A stretch of 64,000 nucleotides of DNA, from the NCBI GenBank assembly GCA_041661345.1, contig JBAZUO010000001.1, forward strand, positions 11,298 to 75,297, in the 5' to 3' direction. Positions 28,034-37,424 of this stretch are shown here, in pieces (positions within the stretch are counted from its first letter, which is position 1; each line of letters opens with the position of its first letter). Position numbers and translations under genes: made by a program. The notes beneath the pieces are model-generated. The model was not told where the DNA came from and made no database searches. It saw nothing but the letters and a program-made list of their open reading frames with translations. Source of the DNA: Candidatus Omnitrophota bacterium. Lineage in GTDB: Bacteria; Omnitrophota; Gorgyraeia; 2-01-FULL-45-10.

Positions 28034-28804
28034 TTACTTTATCCTGGCGCCGGTTCTGGTGATCTCGAGATTTTTAACAATACCCTTGCCTGGGGAGCCT
28101 AGATTGGTCCCGTTCAAGGATATCTCTATAGCCTCTGCCTTAGCCGCGGAAATATTGATACTGTCGTTGGCTGTTATCGATTCGACAGAACCTTTCTGTA
28201 AGGACCTTTTGAAAAGAAGGACTCCGTCCCGCTTAAGCTGAACCATGACGGGACGCTTCACTCTTATAGTAAGCACTATCGGGCTTGATCGCGGAATTTC
28301 CTTTATTGTGATATCGAATTTTGAAGATTTCTTCACGTCCTGAACCTTGACCCCGGAAACATTTTTGCCGGATTTCGGTGATTTCAGATATGAAATGGCT
28401 TTACCCGTCAAGAAAACAATAAATGCCAATATGACAATGGCTATTATGATCTTTCTCGCGAGACGGATCGCATCTGAAAGCCCGGAGGCGGAAGCCTTAA
28501 TCTCAGGCTTTGTTAAATTTAAATTTTTGACGGACAATTCCGGACGGCTTAAATAGTACGCATCTACAAGCTCTTTCGCGTTCAGCCCCAGGTAATTCGC
28601 GTACTCCTTCAAAAAGCTCTTTACATAATTCGGCGCGAGTATATCATCACAGCGTCCGTCTTCGAGCGCCGTTATGACGGTCGAATGAATATGGGTCTGT
28701 TTTTGCGCCTGTTCTATGGTTACAGCCTTCTTCTCTCTGGCTTCGCGCAGTTTCTCCCCTATATTTGTCATGGAGATGCCATGGTTTTCCGCTAAATTAG
28801 CCAT
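28034..28804 (-). CDS. RodZ-like helix-turn-helix membrane protein
   Basis: 256 aa with an N-terminal XRE-type HTH (IGEKLREAREKKAVTIEQAQKQTHI), a single TM segment and a C-terminal beta-rich domain. An alternative start at 28771 is possible. Confidence 0.65.
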   Translation of the reverse strand: MANLAENHGISMTNIGEKLREAREKKAVTIEQAQKQTHIHSTVITALEDGRCDDILAPNYVKSFLKEYANYLGLNAKELVDAYYLSRPELSVKNLNLTKPEIKASASGLSDAIRLARKIIIAIVILAFIVFLTGKAISYLKSPKSGKNVSGVKVQDVKKSSKFDITIKEIPRSSPIVLTIRVKRPVMVQLKRDGVLLFKRSLQKGSVESITANDSINISAAKAEAIEISLNGTNLGSPGKGIVKNLEITRTGARIK

Positions 28805-30974
28805 TCTTGGACTTAAGCTCCTCTAAATTTTCTACTATTATATCTCGCGGTTTGGAGCCCTGATAAGGTCCGACGATGCCTTCGTCTTCCATCATATCGA
28901 TAAGCCGCGCCGCGCGCGTATAACCTAAGCCCAACCGTCTTTGTAAGACCGATACCGATGCCTGGCGCGTCTCGAGCACAAGTTTGACGGCCTCATCATA
29001 TACCTCGTCTTTTTCGAACTTCTTGAATGACGTCTTCTTGTGCGCCTCAACGATGTCCTCGACATACTGAGAGGGGCGCTGGGCCTTTATGAAATTCGTG
29101 ATCCTCTCGATCTCCTTATCGGATATGAGGCTGCACTGTGCCCTGACCGGCTTGGACGCGCCCGGTTCCACAAATAACATATCGCCGCGGCCTAAAAGTT
29201 TATCCGCGCCGTTTATATCAAGCACCGTCCTGGAATCAACTTTAGAGGCGACTTTAAAAGAAATCCTCGCGGGGAAGTTCGCCTTTATGACACCGGTTAT
29301 AACGTCAACCGACGGCCTCTGCGTCGCTATTATTATGTGTATGCCGACCGCTCTCGATAATTGCGCAAGCCTGGTGATCGCCCCTTCAACATCGTTCTGC
29401 GCCACCATCATCAGATCGGCAAGCTCATCGATTATTATAACTATGTAAGGAAGGCGCGTGGAAGCGTACTTTTCGTTATAAAGGTCAATATTCCTTACGC
29501 CGGACTTGGCGAAAAGCACATACCTGGAATCCATCTCATTCACCACCCATTCAAGAGTAGCGGCGACCTTCTTCGTCTCCGTAACAACAGGCGATAAAAG
29601 ATGCGGAAGGTCATTGAATACCGCGAGCTCGACGCGTTTCGGATCTATCATTATGAATCTGACGTCCTCCGGGGTGGAATTGAATAAAAGGCTCGTTATT
29701 ATCGTATTGACACATACGGTCTTGCCCGAACCGGTAGCGCCGGCTATCAGCAAGTGGGGCATCGTCGCCAGGTCCGCGATAACGGGACTGCCTGCAATGT
29801 CCTTACCTATGGCAAGTTTAAGTTTCGACTTAGCGCCTCTGTATTCATTTGAATCGAGGACATCTTTTAGATAGACCAGCGAGCTCGATGAATTCGGAAT
29901 TTCAAAACCGATCGTCCCTTTGCCGGGAATAGGTGCAACTATTCTCACCGACTGCGCCTTCATCGCCAGAGATATGTTGTCACTAAGCGATGTTATCCTG
30001 TGTATCTTAACACCCGGCGCAGGTTCAGCCTCGTACCTTGTGATCACGGGGCCTTTATTGATCTCGACGACCTTCACCTCGATATCAAAGTCTCTGAGCG
30101 TCTCCTCGAGAATTCTCGCATTTCCTTCAAGGTCATCTTTGATACGCCTTGCCTCCAGCGGTGGCGGAGAGTCCAGGAGATCCAGTGATGGCAGTTTATA
30201 ATTTTCAGCTTTTGATAAATCCGATTTTAAGGCGGCTGCCGGTTCACTCTTAACCGGTGCCGTCGCCGCGGACATACCCTGAGGCTCTTTTTTACCCTCT
30301 GCATAGGTCGTCACCTTTACAGGCGCTGTCTGGCGATATACCGCAGGCTTCTTCTCTTCCTGAGGTATTTTTATCAAGGGCTTCTTCACGGTGAATAAAG
30401 GCGTGGCGGATTTTTCAATCACCCGGCCTTTGGATAGCGGCGATAGATTTTTTATCTTCGAGAAGAAACTTACCAGGAACGGCAAGAGCAGAAATTCCGT
30501 CGCGAGAAGCACCGACAAAAGAAATAAGACCGCTATTATGAGTATCGCTCCGCCGCGCCCGAGATACTTTATCAGGAAATCAGAAAATACAAGGCCCACA
30601 ACCCCGCCCAGAGAGAACCGGAAAGAATTATCTCCCCTCCCTATCATGGAAAAGATCGAGCTCGACGCGAGGATCAGGAAAAATGTGCCAAATATTTTAA
30701 AATATACCTTTTGCGGCGTTATGCCGTAGAGCCTGGCTACTGCCCAGGAGAGGATTAAAAGCGGAATGACATACGAGCTTAAGCCCATTATGAAGAAAAG
30801 GGCGGCTCCTATATAAACGCCAAATAGCCCCGCAAAATTTTTTACCGGGATATTTGGTTTTGAAGTGAAGGCCGCGAGATCCGAGAAACTGAAGGTAATA
30901 AGGCTCGTGAAGATCAGGATCGCTATAGCGAAAAGGATTATAGCCTGTATTTCATTCCATCTCGTTTTATCCAC
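28797..30974 (-). CDS. ftsK: DNA translocase FtsK
   Basis: 725 aa with N-terminal TM helices, Walker A GATGSGKT, the IIIDELADLM motor domain and a C-terminal gamma winged helix (LQRRLGLGYTRAARLID). Confidence 0.95.
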   Translation of the reverse strand: MDKTRWNEIQAIILFAIAILIFTSLITFSFSDLAAFTSKPNIPVKNFAGLFGVYIGAALFFIMGLSSYVIPLLILSWAVARLYGITPQKVYFKIFGTFFLILASSSIFSMIGRGDNSFRFSLGGVVGLVFSDFLIKYLGRGGAILIIAVLFLLSVLLATEFLLLPFLVSFFSKIKNLSPLSKGRVIEKSATPLFTVKKPLIKIPQEEKKPAVYRQTAPVKVTTYAEGKKEPQGMSAATAPVKSEPAAALKSDLSKAENYKLPSLDLLDSPPPLEARRIKDDLEGNARILEETLRDFDIEVKVVEINKGPVITRYEAEPAPGVKIHRITSLSDNISLAMKAQSVRIVAPIPGKGTIGFEIPNSSSSLVYLKDVLDSNEYRGAKSKLKLAIGKDIAGSPVIADLATMPHLLIAGATGSGKTVCVNTIITSLLFNSTPEDVRFIMIDPKRVELAVFNDLPHLLSPVVTETKKVAATLEWVVNEMDSRYVLFAKSGVRNIDLYNEKYASTRLPYIVIIIDELADLMMVAQNDVEGAITRLAQLSRAVGIHIIIATQRPSVDVITGVIKANFPARISFKVASKVDSRTVLDINGADKLLGRGDMLFVEPGASKPVRAQCSLISDKEIERITNFIKAQRPSQYVEDIVEAHKKTSFKKFEKDEVYDEAVKLVLETRQASVSVLQRRLGLGYTRAARLIDMMEDEGIVGPYQGSKPRDIIVENLEELKSKNG

Positions 30975-31003
30975 TGAAGCACCCTCTTCATTAGAAGAAC
31001 CTT

Positions 31004-31453
31004 CTAAACCCCGCTGTGCCCGAACCCGCCTGCAGCCCTTGCCGTCTCATCCAGCTCTTTCTTCTCTTCCAGCTCGGCTCTCACGACTTCCTTTATTATC
31101 ATCTGGGCGATCCTGTCACCGCGTTTTATCTTGAATATATTTTTGCCGTGGTTGATCATGATCATGCTCACAAGCCCGCGATAATCGGAATCTATTGTGC
31201 CGGGTGTATTGACGAGGCTTACGCCGTGCTTCAAGGCCAGCCCGCTTCTGGGCCTGATTTCTGCCTCATAGCCATGCGGAATACTTAGATAAATGCCAGA
31301 CGATATCAGTTTGATTTCGCCTGGCCGTAATTCGACTTCGCTATCAACATCTGCATACAGATCCATCCCGCTTGAGCCCGGTGTAGCATACTTTGGAACT
31401 GGGAGGTCCCCGCAGCCGTCTTTTTGTTTAAGTGATATTTTTACAGTCTTCAA
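31004..31453 (-). CDS. dut: dUTP diphosphatase
   Basis: 149 aa with ATPGSSGMDL, the RSG motif, GTIDSDYRG and a C-terminal GGFGHSG. Confidence 0.93.
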   Translation of the reverse strand: MKTVKISLKQKDGCGDLPVPKYATPGSSGMDLYADVDSEVELRPGEIKLISSGIYLSIPHGYEAEIRPRSGLALKHGVSLVNTPGTIDSDYRGLVSMIMINHGKNIFKIKRGDRIAQMIIKEVVRAELEEKKELDETARAAGGFGHSGV

Positions 31454-31464
31454 ATTTTAAAATT

Positions 31465-33615
31465 CTATTCTCTCTTACGCCTCGGCGGACGATCCCGTCT
31501 CTCTTCTTCCGCCTTCTTTGCCATTTCGGGAGTCCAATCCGGATCCGCCTGCTTCTTCGAAAGATTTATTCTGCCCTGGTCATCTATTTCGATGACCTTA
31601 ACCGTCACCTCATCGCCGACCTTCACCGCGTCCTCAACATTCTTTATGAATTTATTGGCTAGCTCGGAAACGTGTATCAGGCCTTCCTTGCCGGGTAATA
31701 TCTCACAGAAAGCGCCGAAATTCATTATCCTCTTTATCTTGCCGGTATATATCTTGCCGATCTCGGCCTCTTCGACCATTCCCCTTATTATCGCGACCGC
31801 CTTCTCGATAGCAGCCTGGTCCTGTGATGCCACCTGCACGTTGCCGTCATCATCTATGTCCACGGTCACCTGGCATTCCTGGATTATCTTCTTTATATTC
31901 TTTCCGCCCGGCCCGATGACTTCACCAATCTTGGACTGGCTGATCTTGAATGTCGCTATGTGGGGCGCATACGCGGAAACACTATCTTTGGGCCTGGAGA
32001 TAGTTGAGAGCATCTTGTCCAGTATGAATAACCTCGCTTGTCTTCCGACCTCAAGCGCCTTCTTTATCAGACCCAGGGTCACACCGTGAATTTTGAGGTC
32101 CATCTGAAGAGCTGTGATGCCCTTCGTGGTACCGGCAACCTTGAAGTCCATATCGCCGTAATGGTCCTCTACGCCGCCAATATCCGTAAGGATTATCTCT
32201 TCGTTCTTTTCTTTGATAAGCCCTATCGCTATACCGCTAACCGCGCCGCTTATCGGAACGCCCGCGTCCATGAGCGAAAGCGAGCTTGCGCAGACCGTCG
32301 CCATACTGCTAGACCCGTTCGACTCGAGTATATCCGATACAACCCTTACCGTGTAAGGAAAATTTTCCTTTGAAGGCATTACCGCTTTGAGAGCCCTTTC
32401 GGCAAGAGCGCCGTGGCCTATTTCTCTTCTGCCTGGGCCGCGCATCGGGCGTGCCTCACCGACTGAAAACGGCGGGAAATTATAATGAAGCATAAAGCTT
32501 TTCTGTGTCTCGCCCTCGAGCGCGTCTATGGTCTGCTCGTCTTGGCTCGTTCCAAGCGTTGTGACCGATAACGACTGGGTTTGCCCGCGCGTAAATAGGG
32601 CTGAGCCATGAGTCCTCGGTAGTATCCCTGCTTCGCAGGTGATCTGCCTTATCTCATCAAAACGCCTGCCGTCTACGCGCTTCTTCTTCTCTATGATGAA
32701 CTTGCGTACCTCTTCTTCCTCTACCACTTCCAACGCTGCTTTCACGTCATCTGCGGTATATTCACCTTCTTCGGTAACAAGTTTCTCTTTGAGCTCTTTC
32801 GAGACGAGGTCCATCGCCTCTTCCCTCTGCTCTTTTGTACCGAGTTTATTTATTTCGTCAAGTTTTGCAGTCGATAATGATCTTACCTTTTTAACAAGCT
32901 CCTCGCCTACGTTATGAAGCGGCATATCCCTCTTCTTCTTACCGCATTCCTTAACCATTTTCTCCTGAAGGTCTATGAGCGGCTGGAGTTTCTCGTGGCC
33001 GAACTTTATCGCCGCAAGCAGATCCTCTTCGCTTATCTCATTCGAACCGGACTCTACCATCAGTATCGCCGAACGCGTGCCGACGACGACGAGATCAAGA
33101 TCGCTTGTTATCAGATCTTCAAATGTCGGATTCACCACAAATTTTCCGGCAACCCTTCCGACCCTAACAGTTCCTATTGGGCCGTTGTAAGGTATGTCCG
33201 AAATGGCGAGGGCCGCTGATGCGCCGTTCATAGCAAGAATATCTGAATCGTTTGTGCTGTCACTCGACAGGACCACGCCTACTATCTGAAGTTCATTGAT
33301 AAAGCCTTTTGGGAATAGAGGCCTGATAGGCCTATCCATAAGACGGGCTGTCAGTATTTCCTTCTCGGAAGGCCTGCCCTCTCTCTTAAAAAAACCGCCG
33401 GGAATCTTCCCCGCGGCATATGTCCTCTCCTGATATTCACATGTAAGCGGAAAAAAGTCCGCGCCTTCTCTCGGTTCACCGGAGCAGACCGCCGTAACCA
33501 GCACGACAGTCCCTCCCAGCTGAATAGTAACCGCGCCATCCGCCTGCTTTGCCATGCGGCCTGTCTCTATAACAATGTTTTCTTCGCCTATTTTGGTTTC
33601 GAATTTTTTTATCAT
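31465..33615 (-). CDS. pnp: polyribonucleotide nucleotidyltransferase (PNPase)
   Basis: 716 aa with two RNase PH domains followed by KH and S1 domains. Conserved synteny rpsO-pnp. Confidence 0.97.
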   Translation of the reverse strand: MIKKFETKIGEENIVIETGRMAKQADGAVTIQLGGTVVLVTAVCSGEPREGADFFPLTCEYQERTYAAGKIPGGFFKREGRPSEKEILTARLMDRPIRPLFPKGFINELQIVGVVLSSDSTNDSDILAMNGASAALAISDIPYNGPIGTVRVGRVAGKFVVNPTFEDLITSDLDLVVVGTRSAILMVESGSNEISEEDLLAAIKFGHEKLQPLIDLQEKMVKECGKKKRDMPLHNVGEELVKKVRSLSTAKLDEINKLGTKEQREEAMDLVSKELKEKLVTEEGEYTADDVKAALEVVEEEEVRKFIIEKKKRVDGRRFDEIRQITCEAGILPRTHGSALFTRGQTQSLSVTTLGTSQDEQTIDALEGETQKSFMLHYNFPPFSVGEARPMRGPGRREIGHGALAERALKAVMPSKENFPYTVRVVSDILESNGSSSMATVCASSLSLMDAGVPISGAVSGIAIGLIKEKNEEIILTDIGGVEDHYGDMDFKVAGTTKGITALQMDLKIHGVTLGLIKKALEVGRQARLFILDKMLSTISRPKDSVSAYAPHIATFKISQSKIGEVIGPGGKNIKKIIQECQVTVDIDDDGNVQVASQDQAAIEKAVAIIRGMVEEAEIGKIYTGKIKRIMNFGAFCEILPGKEGLIHVSELANKFIKNVEDAVKVGDEVTVKVIEIDDQGRINLSKKQADPDWTPEMAKKAEEERRDRPPRRKRE

Positions 33616-33620
33616 CTCTC

Positions 33621-33890
33621 CTACTTTCTTAAATCCAGTTTTTTGATTATCTCCTGATAACCCTTGGTATCTCTTCCCTTCAAGTACTCCAAAAGCTTTC
33701 GTCTCGTGCTTACCATACGCAGAAGTCCGTGTCTTGAATGATGATCCTTCTTGTGGGCCTTAAAGTGCTCTGAAAGAGAGTTGATCCTTTCAGTAAGAAG
33801 CGCTATCTGGACACTGGGTGACCCCGTGTCCTTTTCGTGCTCCTTGAAATTTTTTATAACCTCTGTCTTTTTTTCTTTTACTAATGCCAT
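33621..33890 (-). CDS. rpsO: 30S ribosomal protein S15
   Basis: 89 aa with [31 protein letters not shown]. Confidence 0.97.
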   Translation of the reverse strand: MALVKEKKTEVIKNFKEHEKDTGSPSVQIALLTERINSLSEHFKAHKKDHHSRHGLLRMVSTRRKLLEYLKGRDTKGYQEIIKKLDLRK

Positions 33891-33917
33891 TTTATATTAC
33901 CTCGCTTTTGTGTTATA

Positions 33918-34874
33918 TTAACATAATCCGCGCGATTTGTAAAGCCTTTTTGATAATATCGAGCGCGCTCGCCTCTCGTCTTTTTTGATCTGCTCTACAA
34001 GGTCTGCTATCACTTCAAATTTTTTCTCAGGCCTTATCCGCCTGACGAACAGCGTCTCTATGTCGCTGCCGTAGAGGTCGCCTTTAAAACCGAATATATG
34101 GACTTCGACGGAAGGCTCTTTGTCGTTGGAATTGTAGAACGTCGGCCGAAATCCTATATTAAGGATGCCGCCGTATAACCTGCCCCTAAATATGATCCTC
34201 ACCGCATAAACGCCCGTCGGCGGTATTGCCTCATGATGCGGATTAACATTCGCCGTGGGATAGCCGAGATATCTCGCAAGGCCGGTACCTGCGACTACTG
34301 TACCGAGCACAGCCACAGGACGGCCGAGAAGCTTTTCTGCCTCGGCAAGCTCGCCTTTTAATATCCGGTCCCTTATCAGGCTGGAGCTTACTACCTTACT
34401 GCCGGATTTCACGGGGTTTACCACCTCTACGCCAAATCCGTATTTGTGAGCAATGCCCCTTAATGCCTTACGGCCGAAATTTGCGCCTTTCCCGAAATAA
34501 AAGTCCGGCCCAATGAACAAAAATTTTACCCCAAGCTTATCCAATAAAACGGTTTTGATAAATTTTTCCGCCGGCATGCGCGAGAAGGCCTTCGTGAATT
34601 TTATCACTATAAGGTAGTCGACACCCAGCGCTTCTATCAACCTCATCCTGTGGTTTAGCGATATCAAGCTCGGCGTCCGGATACTGCTATTCAGTATCTT
34701 CAGCGGATGCGGATCGAAAGTCACTACGACGCTCTTTAAACCCAGCGCTTTCGCCTTCGATACCGTACGGCCGATGATCTTCCTGTGGCCGAGGTGGACT
34801 CCGTCGAATACGCCGATGGTAACGCTGGAATTTTTGATCGGTTTTAAATTTTTTAACCCTTTTATGATTCGCAC
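33918..34874 (-). CDS. ribF: bifunctional riboflavin kinase / FMN adenylyltransferase
   Basis: 318 aa. N-terminal GVFDGVHLGH nucleotidyltransferase motif and a C-terminal riboflavin kinase domain (PTANV...GVYA). Confidence 0.92.
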   Translation of the reverse strand: MRIIKGLKNLKPIKNSSVTIGVFDGVHLGHRKIIGRTVSKAKALGLKSVVVTFDPHPLKILNSSIRTPSLISLNHRMRLIEALGVDYLIVIKFTKAFSRMPAEKFIKTVLLDKLGVKFLFIGPDFYFGKGANFGRKALRGIAHKYGFGVEVVNPVKSGSKVVSSSLIRDRILKGELAEAEKLLGRPVAVLGTVVAGTGLARYLGYPTANVNPHHEAIPPTGVYAVRIIFRGRLYGGILNIGFRPTFYNSNDKEPSVEVHIFGFKGDLYGSDIETLFVRRIRPEKKFEVIADLVEQIKKDERRARSILSKRLYKSRGLC

Positions 34875-35545
34875 GTAATTAATGCCTTTTCCAATTCCGC
34901 TACGGAGATCGACTTTATTCTATCGATACCGAATGCCTCGCCGATTTTGAACCTTCCGGATCTCGTCCTGTTCAACTTCGACAGATACGCGCCCGAGCCC
35001 AGCTTCTTACCTATGTCCACAGCAAGAGAGCGGATGTATGTTCCTTTCGAGCAGGTGACCTTAAAAGAAACTTCCGGCAATTTTATATCCGTGATCTCGA
35101 TACTCTTTATGCAGATCTTGCGCGGGGTTGTCACGACATCTATTCCGCGCCTGGCACACTCATAAAGCTTGCGGCCTTTAATCTTAACTGCGGAATATAT
35201 CGGCGGGTGCTGCTCTATATCTCCAAGAAAATTTTTAAAAACATCCTCGATCTCGGTTTTCGAGTAATTTACCTGTTTGCCGGAATCGGAAATTTTGCCG
35301 CGGGCGTCCCCTGTATCGGATTCCGCGCCAAGCGTAAGAACGCCCTCGTATTCCTTATCGTCGGTGATGAAAGAGCCTGATAGCTTGGTGCATTTCCCTA
35401 TCAGCATTACGAGCACACCGGTCGCCATCGGATCGAGAGTGCCGGCATGTCCGACCTTCTTCAATCCGAATTTATTCCGCATGAAATCGACAACATCGTG
35501 GCTTGTCCAATCTTGCGGCTTATCTACTACCAGTATTCCATCCAT
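34862..35545 (-). CDS. truB: tRNA pseudouridine(55) synthase TruB
   Basis: The track ORF extends to 35662, but its first 39 codons lie in the repeat locus. Homologues start at MDGILVVDKPQDWTSHDVV (ATG 35545), preceded by AAAGGA. The catalytic GHAGTLDPMATG is present. Confidence 0.88.
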   Translation of the reverse strand: MDGILVVDKPQDWTSHDVVDFMRNKFGLKKVGHAGTLDPMATGVLVMLIGKCTKLSGSFITDDKEYEGVLTLGAESDTGDARGKISDSGKQVNYSKTEIEDVFKNFLGDIEQHPPIYSAVKIKGRKLYECARRGIDVVTTPRKICIKSIEITDIKLPEVSFKVTCSKGTYIRSLAVDIGKKLGSGAYLSKLNRTRSGRFKIGEAFGIDRIKSISVAELEKALITCES

Positions 35546-35550
35546 AAATC

Positions 35551-35835
35551 CTTTATAAATTTTACGGGAGGCTGCCGCTCCCGCCCCTAGGCTTTTCAAG
35601 CTATTCGTAATATGCGATGCGTCGAGTGGCTCGCAGGGACGCTCGGTTTGCTCCGGCGGCAAACCTCACTCCGGGGAAAATTTTTCATGCCGCCGCTAGC
35701 TAACAACAGCGGACCAAGCCATAAAAAATTTTCAGGCCCTGCTCGCCACATCGCCACATCGCATCTTGGAGATATGGCTGAGCAGAAAAGCCTTCAGTCG
35801 CCCCTGCCGTAAAATTTCCTGCCCGCACTCCAGGT
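35551..35835. repeat. R1 repeat, rearranged copy D (outer helix of domain 1 enclosing an inverted domain 2)
   Basis: 35557..35597 and 35784..35815 match the two strands of the R1 domain-1 closing helix. 35609..35764 is the reverse complement of R1 domain 2. Confidence 0.7.
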
Positions 35836-36121
35836 AAAATTTTTCATTTCTTAGTATTGGCGGAACTTTTGCACAACGCGTTATTCTTCTATGGCCGCCC
35901 GGGGCAGTGGGGTTGAGCCGTGAAATTTTGCTAAGGTTTAACTTACTCCCCACATAAATTGACGAAACTGTAAGCAAAAGAACAAATATATACGAAATAA
36001 CTAAAACAAAACATAAGCATCCTGGAAGAGCAAAATTAGGCGAAGCCCCCTGCCCTGGGCGGCTAACAGCATGTTGAGACGGAGGACAAAAGTTCCGCCT
36101 ACTTGTTCAACATGAAAAATT
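35836..36121. repeat. R2 palindrome-ended repeat, copy 1 (inverted relative to copy 2)
   Basis: The 241-bp core 35859..36099 is bounded by perfect 13-bp inverted repeats GGCGGAACTTTTG / CAAAAGTTCCGCC. The flanks extend the imperfect inverted repeat. It aligns as the reverse complement of 56770..57057. Confidence 0.75.
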
Positions 36122-37081
36122 TTACCTACCCAGAACCTCTTCGATTTTCGCCAGGACCTTCTTCTCCACGTCCGCGAGCTTTCCCTCGATGACGCAGCCG
36201 GATGCCTTCGTGTGCCCGCCGCCGCCAAAAGAGGATGCGATCAGGTTCACATCGACATCGCTCTTGGAGCGAAAACTGATATTGATCTTTCCGTCCGGAT
36301 CCTCCCTGAAGATCACAGCCACCTTTACGTGATTTATCGACCTGGCATAGTTCACGAACCCTTCGCTCTTCGCGGGGGCAGTACCGGTATGCTGCATCAT
36401 CGGCCTCGTGATTTCGAGATACGCGACATCCCCTGCTTTATTAATCTTGATCGTAGCAAGCACCATTCCCAAAAATTTTATCTCATCAATAGTCTTTGTT
36501 TCATAGACGCTCTCCGAAACACGCGCAGGCTCCAGTCCATAACCGAGAAGCTCACCGGCGATCTCATGAGTTGCTCCAGAGGTGTTCTCATAATTAAAAG
36601 AGCCAGTATCGGTCAGGATCGCTATATAAAGGCAGAGCGCCGACTCTTTTGTAAGCGCTACACCCATCTCCTTAAAAAGCTTATAAACTATCTCACCCGC
36701 GGAACTGGCATTCGAATCAACCCAGTTCACACTGCCAAACTTCTCATTCGAGACATGATGATCGATATTGATAATGAATTTATCTTTTGTTATCACATCC
36801 TTGACCTTGCCTGTCCTTTTAAGGGTCGGGCAATCAAGTATGATCGCCGCGTCAAAATCCGGCCTCTTAGCGATGTCGTTCGAGACCTTGTTCGTTCCGG
36901 GTAAAAATCCGTAATGTTCCGGGATGGGATCGCTATCCAATATAAAGCTCTTCTTTCCAAGGCTGTCCAAAAGCTGCTTCATCGCAAGCTGGCTTCCTAG
37001 CGAATCACCCTCCAGGTTGATGTGCGCCGTTATCAGGAAGTTGTCATGTTTCTTTATGGCTTCAACTATCTGTTTCATCAA
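36122..37081 (-). CDS. nrnA: DHH/DHHA1 family phosphoesterase (NrnA-like oligoribonuclease / pAp phosphatase)
   Basis: 319 aa with the DHH motif (NIDHH) and DHHA1 GGGGH. Confidence 0.8.
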   Translation of the reverse strand: MMKQIVEAIKKHDNFLITAHINLEGDSLGSQLAMKQLLDSLGKKSFILDSDPIPEHYGFLPGTNKVSNDIAKRPDFDAAIILDCPTLKRTGKVKDVITKDKFIINIDHHVSNEKFGSVNWVDSNASSAGEIVYKLFKEMGVALTKESALCLYIAILTDTGSFNYENTSGATHEIAGELLGYGLEPARVSESVYETKTIDEIKFLGMVLATIKINKAGDVAYLEITRPMMQHTGTAPAKSEGFVNYARSINHVKVAVIFREDPDGKINISFRSKSDVDVNLIASSFGGGGHTKASGCVIEGKLADVEKKVLAKIEEVLGR

Positions 37082-37424
37082 CCTTCTCCTTTTTTATCTT
37101 GTCCAGTATATCGTAGATCTTCTTCGTATGCTCAAGCGATTCATCTATCTTAAAATCGATCTCCGGCGTGCACCTTAGCTTCACCCTGTCCGACACAAGC
37201 CCCTTTATGTAGCCCTTGGCGCTATTCAGCCCCTTCAGAGCCAGCCGTTTATCCTTGTCCTCTCCGAGAACACTGAAAAATACCTTTGCATATCTTAAGT
37301 CCGGCGTCACCTCAACCTTCGTTATAGTAATGAACCCGAGCCTCGGATCTTTTATTTCGCCCTGGACGATCCTCGAAATTTCCTGCCTCAATGCCTCCTG
37401 CACTCTCTCCGGCCTTGCGCTCAT
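37062..37424 (-). CDS. rbfA: ribosome-binding factor A
   Basis: 120 aa with RVQEALRQEISRIV, DPRLGFITITKVEVTPDLRYAKVF. Confidence 0.92.
   Translation of the reverse strand: MSARPERVQEALRQEISRIVQGEIKDPRLGFITITKVEVTPDLRYAKVFFSVLGEDKDKRLALKGLNSAKGYIKGLVSDRVKLRCTPEIDFKIDESLEHTKKIYDILDKIKKEKVDETDS

Noticed and set aside
35546-35662. Longer N-termini for truB (35662), ligA (44601) and cinA (2346) as given by the longest-ORF track
   Set aside because: The extensions lie in repeat or intergenic sequence or overlap the upstream gene. They have no counterpart in homologue N-termini. The internal ATGs reproduce the canonical N-terminal motifs.
35612-36228. Track ORFs inside the repeat loci (35612..35812 +, 35732..35977 -, 36001..36228 -, 40331..40666 +)
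   Set aside because: The frames are not conserved between repeat copies. The equivalent frame in copy C hits a stop after about 25 codons. They have no RBS, run into antisense of real genes, and encode low-complexity Arg/Pro/Ser-rich sequence.
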